Shown: positions 47,362 through 58,641 of the stretch, piece after piece | Layout of the letters: the number at the start of each line of letters is the position of its first letter | Numbering within the stretch: the first letter of the stretch is position 1 | NCBI GenBank assembly: GCA_965238225.1 | Contig: OZ250183.1 | Span: forward strand, 1,088,001-1,152,000 | DNA: 64,000 bases | Direction: 5' to 3' | Source of the DNA: Gammaproteobacteria bacterium | GTDB lineage: Bacteria > Pseudomonadota > Gammaproteobacteria > Eutrophobiales > Eutrophobiaceae | Notes under the pieces: model-generated | The model's input: only the letters and a program-made list of their open reading frames with translations | The model's database searches: none | What the model was told of the DNA's origin: nothing | Translations under genes and position numbers: made by a program

Positions 47362-48153
47362 TTAAAAGTTTGATGACTGAAATTGCTTGATAGCCTTGAC
47401 TAAATCATCTTCCGTATCAATTCCAATACCAGTAGGGACAGAAGCTTTTTCTATATAAATCTTTTCGTCCACATAAAGAGCTCTGAGCTGCTCTAGAGAT
47501 TCGCTACGCTCAAGTTCGCAGACTGGAGTCGCGTTAAATTTTTTCAAATAACTAACTCGGTAAGCATAAAGGCCAAGATGCTTAAAATATTTTTGTTTCT
47601 GATTTTCTCTTGAATAAGGGATGACAGACCTGCTGAAATATAATGCAGTATTGTTTTTACTAAAAATAACTTTCACAATATTAGGATCATTTATATCAAC
47701 GTCGTTATCTATCTGTTCACAGAGCGTTGCAATACTATAATCTGGATGATCATTTAAATTCTTTGCGACTTGATGTATCAATCTTTCTGATATACCAATT
47801 TCATCACCTTGAAGATTTACGATAATTTCTTGATTTTTTAATTGCAATAGTGAAACTGCTTCAGAAAGTCGATCAGTCCCCGATACATGGTGAGGTGATG
47901 TCATGATGATTTCAGCAGAAAATGATGACGCTGCCTCCTGAATGCGCATATCGTCAGTAGCGATGTAAACTTTTTCAGCTTTACATTGGCATGCAGACTC
48001 ATAGACATGTTGGATTAACGGTTTGCCATTAATCTCCAGTAGTGGCTTCCCAGGTAAACGGGTTGACGCATAACGTGCTGGTATAATGATGCTAAATTTG
48101 AAGTCAACCTTTGAAATATTCAATTTCCTCATCTGTGAGTTTTCTGGCTTCAT
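47362..48153 (-). CDS. kdsB: 3-deoxy-manno-octulosonate cytidylyltransferase
   Basis: [21 protein letters not shown] and ESLEQLRAL motifs. The start is uncertain. Confidence 0.95.
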   Translation of the reverse strand: MKPENSQMRKLNISKVDFKFSIIIPARYASTRLPGKPLLEINGKPLIQHVYESACQCKAEKVYIATDDMRIQEAASSFSAEIIMTSPHHVSGTDRLSEAVSLLQLKNQEIIVNLQGDEIGISERLIHQVAKNLNDHPDYSIATLCEQIDNDVDINDPNIVKVIFSKNNTALYFSRSVIPYSRENQKQKYFKHLGLYAYRVSYLKKFNATPVCELERSESLEQLRALYVDEKIYIEKASVPTGIGIDTEDDLVKAIKQFQSSNF

Positions 48154-48298
48154 TTTCTAGCATCACAGGGATGTTATCTTTGATCGGATAGGCAAGTTGC
48201 GCGGATACCGAGATCAGCTCCTGATTTTTCTTATCATAAATTAAGGGCTCTTTGCTTACTGGACACGCCAGAATTTCAAGCAATTTTTTATCCATCAT
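48104..48298 (-). CDS. ycaR: Trm112-family protein
   Basis: [12 protein letters not shown]...[12 protein letters not shown]. Confidence 0.92.
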   Translation of the reverse strand: MMDKKLLEILACPVSKEPLIYDKKNQELISVSAQLAYPIKDNIPVMLENEARKLTDEEIEYFKG

Positions 48299-49319
48299 AA
48301 ACTCCTTCTAATAAAATTGTCAGGCGATGCTCAAAGGCGCTTGTCATTTTTATGTTTATTGGTAAAAACCAATGCTCATTGGATGCAAATTTAATACATT
48401 TTACGGCATCTTTTTCTGTCATAACGACAGGAAAATTATCATCAAAAAAAATATCTTTTGTTTTCAATTGATAATGATCTGGAAATTCATGTTCAATTGT
48501 ACGAATACCTTGCCTGCGCAAATAAGAAAAAAAATTTTCTGGATTTCCAATACCAGCAATGGCATGAATTAATTGATTGCGAAATTGCTTGATATCACAG
48601 CATTTATTTGCATCTATTATTGAGCGCAGTTGCTGCGGTACATACTTCATGTCGAATTCCCATCTAGTCGCATTATGATTGCAAACAATCATATCAACAT
48701 TTTTTAAACGACTAACAGGCTCTCTCAGAGGACCAGCTGGCAAACAACGTCCATTCCCGTGACGACGAATCCCATCAATGACAGAGATTTCAATATCTCT
48801 TTCTAAAGCATAATGCTGCAGACCATCATCACAAACGATGATATCTACTTGCTTATGATCAATTAGCGCCTTTGCTGCAAGATAACGGTTAGGCGCAATG
48901 GCAACTGGGCAATTTGTTCTGCGCGCTAATAAGACAGGTTCATCTCCAACCAATTCAGGATTGCTATCTACACGCACTTGCTGAGGCCATTTTTTAACCT
49001 TGCTTCCATAGCCTCTGCTGACAATTCCTGGCTTGTAACCTTTTTTTTTCAAATAAGCTGAAAGCCATACAACTAAAGGTGTTTTGCCTGTCCCGCCAGC
49101 AACAATATTACCCACAACAATCACAGGAATACTAAGTCTTTGCGTTGGTAGGATGCCATTTTTATATAAAAAATGACGTAAAATTATTAATAGTTTATAA
49201 CACCATCCGAACGGTATAAGCACGATAGACAAGGGATGCTTGCCATACCAAAGTGCTTCTATGAATTTAGGAGAGAGCATCAAACCTTGTGAACCATAGA
49301 TGCGAGGAATGTATATCAA
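48288..49319 (-). CDS. lpxK: Tetraacyldisaccharide 4'-kinase
   Basis: [24 protein letters not shown] and MTEKDAVK motifs. The true start is probably slightly downstream. Confidence 0.95.
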   Translation of the reverse strand: MIYIPRIYGSQGLMLSPKFIEALWYGKHPLSIVLIPFGWCYKLLIILRHFLYKNGILPTQRLSIPVIVVGNIVAGGTGKTPLVVWLSAYLKKKGYKPGIVSRGYGSKVKKWPQQVRVDSNPELVGDEPVLLARRTNCPVAIAPNRYLAAKALIDHKQVDIIVCDDGLQHYALERDIEISVIDGIRRHGNGRCLPAGPLREPVSRLKNVDMIVCNHNATRWEFDMKYVPQQLRSIIDANKCCDIKQFRNQLIHAIAGIGNPENFFSYLRRQGIRTIEHEFPDHYQLKTKDIFFDDNFPVVMTEKDAVKCIKFASNEHWFLPINIKMTSAFEHRLTILLEGVYDG

Positions 49320-49738
49320 TAATCTTCTTCGTCAATTCTTGTTGCAAATGTAATATTAATCAGACCTAACTGCCGAGCGACATCCAGAGTTTTTATCATC
49401 ATTTGATAAGGCGTTGCCCGGTCTGCGCTGATAATAATATGGGCATCTGGGATCTCAGCGACAATATCGTAAATCACTTCTTTAATAGTCGATACTTGCG
49501 AATTTAATAATTTTTTCTCATTAACATAAATACGTGACTGAGCATCAATAAAGATATTGATCGCGCCTAGTTTTACATCAACAATTTCTTTACTGGCTTT
49601 CGGCAAGGTAATATTCATTGCTGATTTATCATCAAACGTTGTTGAGACCATGAAAAAAATGAGTAATAAAAATACCACATCAATCAGCGGCGTGATATTT
49701 AATTCAAGTTCGTCTGGTCGATTTTTTTGGAAATTCAT
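49316..49738 (-). CDS. exbD: ExbD/TolR biopolymer transport protein
   Basis: NITPLIDVVFLLLIFFMV motif. Confidence 0.92.
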   Translation of the reverse strand: MNFQKNRPDELELNITPLIDVVFLLLIFFMVSTTFDDKSAMNITLPKASKEIVDVKLGAINIFIDAQSRIYVNEKKLLNSQVSTIKEVIYDIVAEIPDAHIIISADRATPYQMMIKTLDVARQLGLINITFATRIDEEDY

Positions 49739-49802
49739 TAACTATATTATCTGATTATTTATTTGGCTATTTGCTTTGCAAAGTATTTTTCTAATAGGGA
49801 TA

Positions 49803-50459
49803 TTATTTAGATGAATTGTTAGGTGAATTGGTTTTGTCAAATGTATATTCATTTTCGCGTAAGCCTTGCATCACTTCGACCATTTTCAATGCCTCTTGCT
49901 CCATTGTCATCACCAGATCACTTACCTTACTGCTGAAATAACGATGAAATATTAGTGTAGGGATAGCAACTGATAACCCGGCTGCCGTCGTCAGCAGTGC
50001 TTTAGAAATACCCCCTGCCAGAACACTGGCATCGCCGATACCCTGCTGAGTAATTACAGAAAAAACTTCAATCATACCAATCACCGTTCCTAACAAGCCA
50101 AGCAAGGGTGAAATTGATGCGATTATCCCTAAGGTGTTCAAAAAACGATCCAGTGAATGCGCGACTTGGCGCCCTATCTCTTCAATGCTCTCTTTCATTA
50201 CCTCACGCTCATGTGAGCGATTCACAAGACCTGCAGCCAAGATTCTGCCTAAAGGAGAGCTAAGACGCAAATTTTGCAGGCGCTTCTCGTCAAGGCGTCC
50301 TGCTTTAGCCCATTGCCATACTTGAGCAACCAAACGATCTGGAGCAATACGTTTTTGTTGCAAAGACCAAAATCGTTCGAGAATGATCGACAATGAGACA
50401 ACCGAGCAGGTTAAGATTGGCCACATCAAGAAACCGCCTTCTTTGAATAGTTCCAGCAC
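49803..50459 (-). CDS. exbB: MotA/TolQ/ExbB proton channel protein
   Basis: SPLLGLLGTVIGMI and GISKALLTTAAGL motifs. Confidence 0.92.
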   Translation of the reverse strand: MLELFKEGGFLMWPILTCSVVSLSIILERFWSLQQKRIAPDRLVAQVWQWAKAGRLDEKRLQNLRLSSPLGRILAAGLVNRSHEREVMKESIEEIGRQVAHSLDRFLNTLGIIASISPLLGLLGTVIGMIEVFSVITQQGIGDASVLAGGISKALLTTAAGLSVAIPTLIFHRYFSSKVSDLVMTMEQEALKMVEVMQGLRENEYTFDKTNSPNNSSK

Positions 50460-50480
50460 TTTTTTTAAGTTATCCTGTTA

Positions 50481-50516
50481 AATATCTTAATGTAAATTAA
50501 TATCTTAATGTAAATT
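50481..50516. repeat. 18-bp perfect tandem repeat x2 (AATATCTTAATGTAAATT)
   Basis: Seen directly between comEC and exbB. Confidence 0.9.
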
Positions 50517-50541
50517 AAGTTTTATACTAATTATTTTGTTT

Positions 50542-52893
50542 TTAAGGTCTAAATTCCCAAAATTTCTGATTATCATGTCTGTAACGACTAGATATCATCT
50601 CACGATCTTTGTCAAATTTGAATAATAATGCCCCATCATAGGCCGTATTGAGCATTTTGACCTGACGCGATTTGTAGCGGGAGATTATATCCTGTTTCGG
50701 GAAACCAAATCGGTTTCTGTAACCCACAGAAAATATAACAATTTTTGGCGAAACTGCATCGATAAAGGCCGGAGATGATGAAGTTTTACTGCCGTGATGT
50801 GGCGCAATTAATAGTGTTGCAGGAAGTTTATCTGCCAATGTTCTAATTAAACTGGATTCTGCAGTTCGCTCAATGTCGCCTACTAATAAGATAGCGTGCC
50901 TACCATTATTAACCTTAAGCACACAAGAATTATTATTTCCTTGATATTTTTTATGGGGAGGCGGACTTAATATTTCAAATTGAACCCCGTCCCATTGCCA
51001 TTTCTGACCCTCGACGCATTTATCTACATTTGTATGAACGATTTCTTTTCCAACACTGGTCAACACTTGTATTTTTGGATATTTTGTAAGCAAATTTTTG
51101 ACTCCGCCACTATGATCTCTGTCTTTGTGGCTTACAATCAAAAGATCGGGATGAGTAATATTTCGATATTGCAGATAAGGAATAATGACTGCATCTGCTG
51201 CATTAAATCGTTTGCTAAATTTATCACCAGTATCATAAATCAGAGCGTGATTTTGAGTTTGTATGACTGATGCCAAACCTTGACCTACGTCTAGTTGGGT
51301 AAACCAGAAATTACCCGTTTCTGGTGCCTTGGAATGCGGAAATAAAAGCGGGACTAGCCAGAACATCCCTACCCAGCGTACTGGCACACCTTTTGGTAAC
51401 AATAATATCAATATACCTATCATCCCTGCTATAAATGCCAGTGGTGATGGCGATGCACTATGCCAAAGATTAAATTCTAAACTGGATAAATATTCTAGAA
51501 ATGGCCATATAAACTCCAGAGCCTGTCCTGCAAGCTGCAGAACAAATTCACCAATCGGAAAAATAAAAGGCAATAAAATAATACCCAGCAACACCAAAGG
51601 CACAACAATTAAACTTACATAGGGAACAGCAATGATATTGGCAAAAATACTCACCAGAGGATATTGTTGAAACCATAAGATAAGCGCTGGAAACAAACCG
51701 ACTGCCACCAGATACTGTATCCTGCCCCACTTCCACCAAATATTGCGCCAAGCTGAGATATTCGTTTGAACACGGCACGTCATCCCGTAGGCAATGATTG
51801 ATATTGCAATAAAAGACAACCAAAATCCGGTATCCAGAACAGAAAACGGGTCGATGATTAACACTAATAAAAGTGAAATGATGATGATATCACTGCCTGC
51901 GTATTTTCGATTAAAGAAAAGTGACAACATCCATACAGAGAGCATGATAAATGCGCGTTGTGTCGGAATAGAAAACCCAGCCAAAATAGCGTACATCAAG
52001 GCACCAGATAAACTTGCCAAGGCTGCAAATTTCTGAGCAGGCATGCGCAACGGCAATGATCCTGAAAATGCCCATAACCATCTGCCTAAAATGAAAAATA
52101 ACCATGCCACCAAACCAATATGTAACCCGGAGATTGCCAGTAAATGCATCGTTCCTGTTTGGGTTAATATCTGCCGATTTTTTGCGAGGATTTTACTGCG
52201 ATCTCCCAAGCCAAGGGCATGCATAAAGCTCTTCTCAAAATCAGCAAGATGGCTTGTATTGATTAGCTCCCTAAGGTGATGACGTTGATAATTTACAGAA
52301 AAAGGAGAAGCTTTATGAATTAAATCGTTTTGCTCCTTGTTTCTCACATAGCCTACTGCACGAATGCGATGTTGGAATAGCCATCTTTCATAATTGAAAC
52401 TGCCAGGATTTCTAAATCCATGAGGTCGTTTAAGTCTTACATAGAGTCGCCAATGCGACCCTGGTTGCATCAAATCATATTGTTGATACCAGCTAAGCCG
52501 AACTTTTCCAGGATTCCTTAAACTATGCCCATCTTGAGATTTTATTTCTGCTACCTGAAATTCAAAACGAACTCCAGAGTTCACAGTCTCCGGCAATGAA
52601 ACAACCTTGCCTGTAATGATCACAGTTTCCCCTTCAATCGCCTTGTCCAGTTCATTACTTAAAATGATATCCGCACGAAAAAACGCCCAAAGAAAGCCAC
52701 AGGCAATTGAACCTGAAATCACCAGCATATATTTAAGAAAAAACTGAAATTTCAGATGAACAAATAATACTAATAATATGAATGGCAAGAAAATCAGCAT
52801 CCACACAGGTGGTAATGCTGGGATTTGTACAAAAATAATAATGCCGATTAAAAATGCAATCGTCCTTACACGCATCTTTTTAAATGCTCCCAA
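50542..52893 (-). CDS. comEC: DNA uptake competence channel ComEC/Rec2
   Basis: HLLAISGLHIG, DVGQG, SHKDRDHSGG and PHHGS motifs. Confidence 0.95.
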   Translation of the reverse strand: MGAFKKMRVRTIAFLIGIIIFVQIPALPPVWMLIFLPFILLVLFVHLKFQFFLKYMLVISGSIACGFLWAFFRADIILSNELDKAIEGETVIITGKVVSLPETVNSGVRFEFQVAEIKSQDGHSLRNPGKVRLSWYQQYDLMQPGSHWRLYVRLKRPHGFRNPGSFNYERWLFQHRIRAVGYVRNKEQNDLIHKASPFSVNYQRHHLRELINTSHLADFEKSFMHALGLGDRSKILAKNRQILTQTGTMHLLAISGLHIGLVAWLFFILGRWLWAFSGSLPLRMPAQKFAALASLSGALMYAILAGFSIPTQRAFIMLSVWMLSLFFNRKYAGSDIIIISLLLVLIIDPFSVLDTGFWLSFIAISIIAYGMTCRVQTNISAWRNIWWKWGRIQYLVAVGLFPALILWFQQYPLVSIFANIIAVPYVSLIVVPLVLLGIILLPFIFPIGEFVLQLAGQALEFIWPFLEYLSSLEFNLWHSASPSPLAFIAGMIGILILLLPKGVPVRWVGMFWLVPLLFPHSKAPETGNFWFTQLDVGQGLASVIQTQNHALIYDTGDKFSKRFNAADAVIIPYLQYRNITHPDLLIVSHKDRDHSGGVKNLLTKYPKIQVLTSVGKEIVHTNVDKCVEGQKWQWDGVQFEILSPPPHKKYQGNNNSCVLKVNNGRHAILLVGDIERTAESSLIRTLADKLPATLLIAPHHGSKTSSSPAFIDAVSPKIVIFSVGYRNRFGFPKQDIISRYKSRQVKMLNTAYDGALLFKFDKDREMISSRYRHDNQKFWEFRP

Positions 52894-52910
52894 ACATGAA
52901 TATTTTAAAA

Positions 52911-53649
52911 CGCGGATTCAACTTCGAAGTGCAACATTGATGTTAAAAAACTTCATGTGGTGTCCTTGAATTGAGTGTTTTCCTGAGACGATAATTGGAT
53001 TTTTCATGACCATGTTTAAATGCTTTTGGGTGATATTACTGAAGCCCATTTTCTTTGGGAAGTTATTATTATATTAAACCGTTGATATTTTCATTTAATC
53101 CATGCTCCTAAAAGGCATAGGCAGGAGCAAGGCAAACTCCTGCATTCAATTGTCAGGAATAACTTTAATGTTCTGCAAACTTTTTGACATTAAATGTGAG
53201 GTGATAATATGTACCGGTCGTCCCATAGGTGAACACATGCACGATAGTCCGTCTTGCCGCCTCGGCTGTACGTCGTTTCACCTGAACTATCAAGGTGTGT
53301 ACAGACTTGCGCTCGATCAAGGTAAGAGAGCCCATGACGGCCTTGATCGATAACAGTATCGACACTTCTAAGTCGCCAATACATTGCTATCTACTATGGC
53401 CGGTTTCTCGTCAATAGAGGCAGTATTTATCAGTGCCCCACGGCACTCATAACCACCATAATGGCTATCTCTGTTTTTGTATATCCTCTTTCATCAGCGC
53501 AAAAATCTGCTAACGTTAAGTGCTCGGTACACTGTGTGTAGTGTCTTAAATCTGTGCATCTCATTCTTGCTGGAACGAAAGGTTAAGGATGCTAAAGAGT
53601 TTGTTGTTCGTAGCAATCGGATGAGTTGCACTTACAAATTGAATTCACG
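52911..53649 (-). mobile_element. Decayed, internally deleted IS30-family element with both terminal inverted repeats
   Basis: IRs are CGCGGATTCAACTTCGAAGTGCAAC (52911-52935) and the reverse complement of 53625-53649, CGTGAATTCAATTTGTAAGTGCAAC (20/25 identical). Transposase relics: HYTQ..GYTKTEIA, IDEKPAIVD, DTVI, LTLIERKS, KFAEH, GLNENINGL, FPKK..TPHEVF. Confidence 0.88.
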
Positions 53650-53701
53650 GTATAATGGCGCACTTAAATAATTGCAAAATTTTTAAATTAATGTATTTCA
53701 A

Positions 53702-54223
53702 ATGAAGCTGAAATCTCTGCTGCAAAGAGTTATCCCTAAAACAGGGCATATTCAAAAGCATAAGCATCTACGTTACTTTGGTGATTTACTGCATGAGCCT
53801 GATATATGGCATCTGACGCGAGGCTCATCTGCAGGCGGCGTAGCAATTGGATTATTCTGGGCGATGATGCCCTTACCGATGCAAACAATCTTTGCTGCTG
53901 CTACAGCCATAATAATGAGAGTAAATTTGCCTTTATCTATCATCTTTGTTTGGGTAACAAATCCAATTACTGCTGCCCCAATTTATTATCTTGCCTATAA
54001 GCTCGGAAGTGTTTTATTAAACGACCCCATAGAAAATATTTCTTTCGAATTTTCCATGTACTGGATGACAGAAACATTGATCTATATCTGGAAACCGCTC
54101 ATGACAGGCTGTTTGTTGCTTGGTATTTGCTCTGCTACAATCGGCAATGTGACCATTCGCATGCTATGGAGAATACTGTCATTACGTAAATGGCAACAGC
54201 GATCCAGAAAAGTTCAAACATAA
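53702..54223 (+). CDS. DUF2062-family membrane protein
   Basis: WHLTRGS.AGGVAIGLF...P.Q...NLP..I..VWVTNP; usual neighbour of comEC/lolD. Confidence 0.85.
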   Translation: MKLKSLLQRVIPKTGHIQKHKHLRYFGDLLHEPDIWHLTRGSSAGGVAIGLFWAMMPLPMQTIFAAATAIIMRVNLPLSIIFVWVTNPITAAPIYYLAYKLGSVLLNDPIENISFEFSMYWMTETLIYIWKPLMTGCLLLGICSATIGNVTIRMLWRILSLRKWQQRSRKVQT

Positions 54224-54452
54224 TTGACTGTTTTTGCTAAAAAATTGGATACACATAGCAATCAATTTGCATTACTCTGGGCGTTTCTAGAATATAAAGG
54301 GATTTAAGGTCTTGTTAAAGAAATTGATCGTGTACTGTACATCATCATTACAGGTTCAATTTAAGAGTTTTAAAGTTTTGGATTTCAAATGTTTTGTCCA
54401 TTGTATTTTATAATTTATAATAAAAGTTATAATATTGAAGAATAAGTAGAGT

Positions 54453-55418
54453 ATGTATACCAAAAATAAATTATTTTTACTCATCATATTGTACATTTCC
54501 ATTATCACTTCATCTGAAGCCCGTAATGAGGAAATTAAACTCTTAATAAAGCAAGGTACTTTTTCTAAGGCTCTGATGTTAGCGGAAGAACATCTAACTA
54601 AGAATCCTGATGAAATTCGAACCTTATTCTTAAAAGGAATAATACTCGCTAATATGAATAGACCTAAGAAATCTGCATCCATTTTTATTAGTTTAACTAA
54701 GAAGCGTCCGGAATTACCTGAGCCATACAATAATCTTGCTGTAATTTATGCAAAAAATGGTGAGTACGACAAAGCCGAAGAAGCTTTACGCAATGCTATA
54801 AATACGCACCCAAGTTATGCCATAGCACATAAAAACCTGAGCGATATTTACGCAAAAATGGCCTCTCAGGCTTACAATAAGATTCTACAACTTCACTCGA
54901 ATAAGCAGGAAGTAAAAAAAGATTCTCCAAAGAATCTCGCTATGATAGGCGCTCTAAACTCAGCGCCAAAGCTTGCAGACGATAAAAAAGAAATACAACC
55001 TGATCTGATAGTGGCAAAATTAGAACCTAGGCCAACGACCATCTTGAAACCTCTTTTTGATAAGAAAGCTACCCGTAAAGCAGTAAGAACTTCTGTGGAT
55101 AGATGGAAAAATAGCTGGTCTTCTAAAGACATTGATAACTACATCAAGAGTTATTCTGAAAAATTCATTCCACCAAATAATTTAAATCGTTCTAAATGGC
55201 AAAAACAACGCCGTATACGCTTGAATCAACCCAAGTATATAAAAATTTCTCTCGATAATTTAAAGATTAATATACTGAGCAAAGATATGGCATCAGTTAA
55301 GTTTCTTCAAATTTATCAATCTGACAACTATACAGATCGAGTTAAGAAACAATTGATATTAAATAAAATTGATGAGACTTGGTTAATTTCAAAAGAAGAA
55401 TCTAGCCAAGTTAGATAA
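54453..55418 (+). CDS. Secreted TPR protein with a C-terminal NTF2-like (Csd6-C-like) domain
   Basis: PELPEPYNNLAVIYA TPRs; the C-terminal domain has W..SWSSKDIDNYIKSYS..F and F.Q.Y.S..Y.D...K.L. Confidence 0.8.
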   Translation: MYTKNKLFLLIILYISIITSSEARNEEIKLLIKQGTFSKALMLAEEHLTKNPDEIRTLFLKGIILANMNRPKKSASIFISLTKKRPELPEPYNNLAVIYAKNGEYDKAEEALRNAINTHPSYAIAHKNLSDIYAKMASQAYNKILQLHSNKQEVKKDSPKNLAMIGALNSAPKLADDKKEIQPDLIVAKLEPRPTTILKPLFDKKATRKAVRTSVDRWKNSWSSKDIDNYIKSYSEKFIPPNNLNRSKWQKQRRIRLNQPKYIKISLDNLKINILSKDMASVKFLQIYQSDNYTDRVKKQLILNKIDETWLISKEESSQVR

Positions 55419-56615
55419 ATGCTAATAAAATTTTTAAAAACTACCGCTTGTTCTATTCTAATACTGCTTGCTTTGTGGCAAGCAGCAGAGGCAAAAGAGA
55501 GCTTATCTACCCAGTCAGAGCATCTTTTAATGTCTGCGCTCGAGGACATAGAACAATCAAAAACTGAAGAAGCTTTGACAAAGCTTAAAGTATTAAAAGA
55601 TATCAATCCAAAATTTGCTTTAGTACAATTAATTTATGCTGACTTAATGACGGCAAAAAACCAACGTATCGCAAATCTTGGAAATTCTCCTAAAATAAAT
55701 AATGAAGAAATTAACGCCTTGCGTAACGAAATACTGGCGCGGTGGAATTATTACAAATCTCCAATTAATAAAGAACTGATACCGCTTTCCTTGATTCAAT
55801 TATCTAATAAACAACGTTATGTATTAATTGTTGATCAATCTAGGCATCGTATGTTCTTATACAAAAACCAAAACGGTATACCCGTCTACGTGGATGATTT
55901 TTACACCACGATTGGCAAAAATGGTTACGGTAAAGTTTTTGAAGGTGATAAGAAAACACCTTTAGGTATTTATTTTTTCACGCATTTTATCGAAGCCAGT
56001 ACGCTACCAGATATGTACGGAGATGGTGCATTTCCAATTAATTATCCCAATATTTGGGATAAACGCAATGGTCGAACTGGCACAGGCATTTGGCTGCACG
56101 GCACCCCTTATGCAGTTTTTTCACGGCCACCTGAGGATAGTGATGGTTGTGTTATTATCAGCAATAACGATTTTAAGGCATTGGCTCCGTACATTAGCGT
56201 GAATCAAGTAACACCGTTAATTCTTGCAAAAGAAATTAAATGGGGTACCAAGTCCGAATGGCAAAAACGACAAAATAAATTTTATAACTATCTTGAGCAA
56301 TGGAGAAAAGACTGGGAAAGTCGTAATGTTGAGTTATATCTAAGCCATTACTCCAAGGACTATAAAGGCCTTGGTAAGGACTATGAAAAATGGGCTGAAC
56401 ATAAACGTCGTGTAACCCCATTCAAAAATTTCATCAAGATAAATCTAGATAATACGAGTATTTTTGTTTACCCAAATGGAACCGACCCTATTATGATTGC
56501 CACCTTCATGCAAAACTATTCCAGCGATAGTTTCCAGATCGCATTCCGAAAGCGCCAATACTGGAAAATGGAAAAAGATGGAACTTGGCGAATTATATTT
56601 GAGGGTTCAGTTTAA
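55419..56615 (+). CDS. L,D-transpeptidase/carboxypeptidase (YkuD) with a C-terminal NTF2-like domain
   Basis: EGDKKTPLGIY and GIWLHG...SDGCV catalytic motif; W..DWES....YLSHYS C-terminal domain. Confidence 0.88.
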   Translation: MLIKFLKTTACSILILLALWQAAEAKESLSTQSEHLLMSALEDIEQSKTEEALTKLKVLKDINPKFALVQLIYADLMTAKNQRIANLGNSPKINNEEINALRNEILARWNYYKSPINKELIPLSLIQLSNKQRYVLIVDQSRHRMFLYKNQNGIPVYVDDFYTTIGKNGYGKVFEGDKKTPLGIYFFTHFIEASTLPDMYGDGAFPINYPNIWDKRNGRTGTGIWLHGTPYAVFSRPPEDSDGCVIISNNDFKALAPYISVNQVTPLILAKEIKWGTKSEWQKRQNKFYNYLEQWRKDWESRNVELYLSHYSKDYKGLGKDYEKWAEHKRRVTPFKNFIKINLDNTSIFVYPNGTDPIMIATFMQNYSSDSFQIAFRKRQYWKMEKDGTWRIIFEGSV

Positions 56616-56622
56616 AATATTG

Positions 56623-57588
56623 TTATCTGGTTTTTTTATCATTGAGGGACTCATCCTCACCCAAGGCCATGCGTAATTCTTCCTCCATATCCAATAGTTC
56701 AACAGAATTGTTTTTCAGTATATTCTTTTTTAACCATCTAACCATATCTATCCATATATGATTAATTTCTCTAGGACTTGGCATAATACCGGCGTGTTCT
56801 AATTCAACAGTGAGTACCGGAATACTTCGTTGCACGCCAGCAAAGTTTCCTAGGGAACCAGGATAGGTTCCGAGCAGATCCAAATGTAATCGGCCAATTT
56901 TTTTGGGCGCGCGCGCGTCACCACTATGATTGAAATCTACGATTCCATGAGGGGCGTGAACAGCGATAATAACATCAGGTTTAAAATTGTTAATTTCATC
57001 ATAAAGCCAGCGACTCTCGGATTCGCTTAAAGGTCTAGAACCAGGATAACGGCGTGGGTTTTTACGGGTTCTAACTTCCCAGTAATATTTTGATTTTTCT
57101 TTCCAATTAAGTGTCGGGAAATTACGATTAAGATCTACGCCATTAGCATTGGTGCGTGTAGATTTTTTCTTTAACAGGCCGTCAGGATTCATGAGTGGAG
57201 AAATTCGCCAATGAAATAAGCCTGAATGATGTTTGTCCAACGTCCGAAGCCATTTAAAAGTGACGCTAACGGAAGAATATTCATCACCATGAACACCTCC
57301 AATTAACAAAACTCGACCCATTGGTTCACGATTTTCTAATGGAGGATATTCTTTAATTAGAATCGGAGCGCCTTGAGCGGAGGAACTACCACTGTCTTGC
57401 AAATTACGGTTCAAACATTCTTTGTAGTTAACGCTTGAGAGTTTTTTTGCAATACGGGTACACTCAAGATCGATGCGCGATACTGGTTTTAAAGTTTCAG
57501 TAAATGCACTGTTCGTATACAGAAATAAAATAGAGCTAAAAATGAGAGAAATTAGCGTAATAAAATAATTTTCAGGGAGCACTTGCAT
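56623..57588 (-). CDS. M14 zinc peptidase, murein peptide amidase A-like
   Basis: GGVHGDE, NPDG, RTNANGVDLNRNFP, H-A-P and TVEL motifs. Confidence 0.85.
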   Translation of the reverse strand: MQVLPENYFITLISLIFSSILFLYTNSAFTETLKPVSRIDLECTRIAKKLSSVNYKECLNRNLQDSGSSSAQGAPILIKEYPPLENREPMGRVLLIGGVHGDEYSSVSVTFKWLRTLDKHHSGLFHWRISPLMNPDGLLKKKSTRTNANGVDLNRNFPTLNWKEKSKYYWEVRTRKNPRRYPGSRPLSESESRWLYDEINNFKPDVIIAVHAPHGIVDFNHSGDARAPKKIGRLHLDLLGTYPGSLGNFAGVQRSIPVLTVELEHAGIMPSPREINHIWIDMVRWLKKNILKNNSVELLDMEEELRMALGEDESLNDKKTR

Positions 57589-57942
57589 GGATGTCCTATT
57601 ATTTCATATCTAGATAGATAGTCAAAAGAAAACTATGGTCATGCAATACTATAATTTACAATTATATAATGGTTTGAGGTGGAAGTGAGAATTGTTCTGA
57701 AACAATTTTGCATGGTGTATGCACGTCTTAATTGGCTTCGTTTTTGGTATGAATTTTAAAAAATTTTATGATATGGAACTTTGTAAACTTTCTTGTTCTT
57801 TAACCTTTTGGTTCGACTCTAATTTTTTATTTTCATTATTTTTTAGAATATTTAAAATAAACTGATTCTCCTTTTTTTAAATCTTAATTATAAAATCGAT
57901 ATCCAACATATTATCTTTCAATTTTTTCATGAATTTTTATAT

Positions 57943-58641
57943 TTAATATACTTTGAGAAAGCCGTCGTGTAGTTGATGGGTTTTATCCATTTTCAGAGCT
58001 AAGTTTTGATTATGTGTCACCATAATCAAACTGGTGCCAATATCCTGTTTTAATTCTAACATTAAATTAAAAACCTGATCTGCAGTTTTTTCATCCAGAT
58101 TGCCTGTAGGTTCATCAGCAAGGATACATTTAGGTTGAGTGACAAGTGCCCTAGCAATCGCAACACGCTGTCTTTCACCGCCCGATAATTCTCCAGGCTT
58201 GTGTTCCGAGCGATTTCCCAATCCAATTTTTTCTAGTAACTCTTGAGCCGATTTAGCTGCTAGCTCTGCATCACAATCATCAGAGATTAATAATGGCATG
58301 GCGACATTTTCAAGAGCAGTGAATTCTGGCAACAAATGATGAAACTGATAGATAAAACCTAGAGATTCATTACGTAATTTTTCACGTTCTGTATCTGTGA
58401 GGTTTAATATATTTTTACCGACAATTGATATCTCACCTTCATTGGGAAGATCCAGTCCTCCTAATAAATGTAACAACGTGCTTTTGCCTGAGCCAGATAT
58501 CCCCGTAATAGCAATACTTTCACCGCGCAAAACTTCTAAACCAATACCGCGCAAGACATCAACCTTTAAATCTCCTTCTATAAAAGATTTATATAAATTA
58601 GCACATGAAACAACCTGTTCATTCATAACACTATCATTCAT
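57943..58641 (-). CDS. lolD: Lipoprotein-releasing ABC transporter ATPase
   Basis: [26 protein letters not shown] and ADEPTGNLD motifs. Confidence 0.95.
   Translation of the reverse strand: MNDSVMNEQVVSCANLYKSFIEGDLKVDVLRGIGLEVLRGESIAITGISGSGKSTLLHLLGGLDLPNEGEISIVGKNILNLTDTEREKLRNESLGFIYQFHHLLPEFTALENVAMPLLISDDCDAELAAKSAQELLEKIGLGNRSEHKPGELSGGERQRVAIARALVTQPKCILADEPTGNLDEKTADQVFNLMLELKQDIGTSLIMVTHNQNLALKMDKTHQLHDGFLKVY

Noticed and set aside
49280-49320. Absence of msbA between exbD and lpxK
   Set aside because: The comEC-exbB-exbD-lpxK-ycaR-kdsB-ptp order without msbA is a known arrangement, for example in Pseudomonas.
57589-57942. Very AT-rich gap between the M14 peptidase and lolD
   Set aside because: No recognisable RNA structure, repeat or protein remnant.
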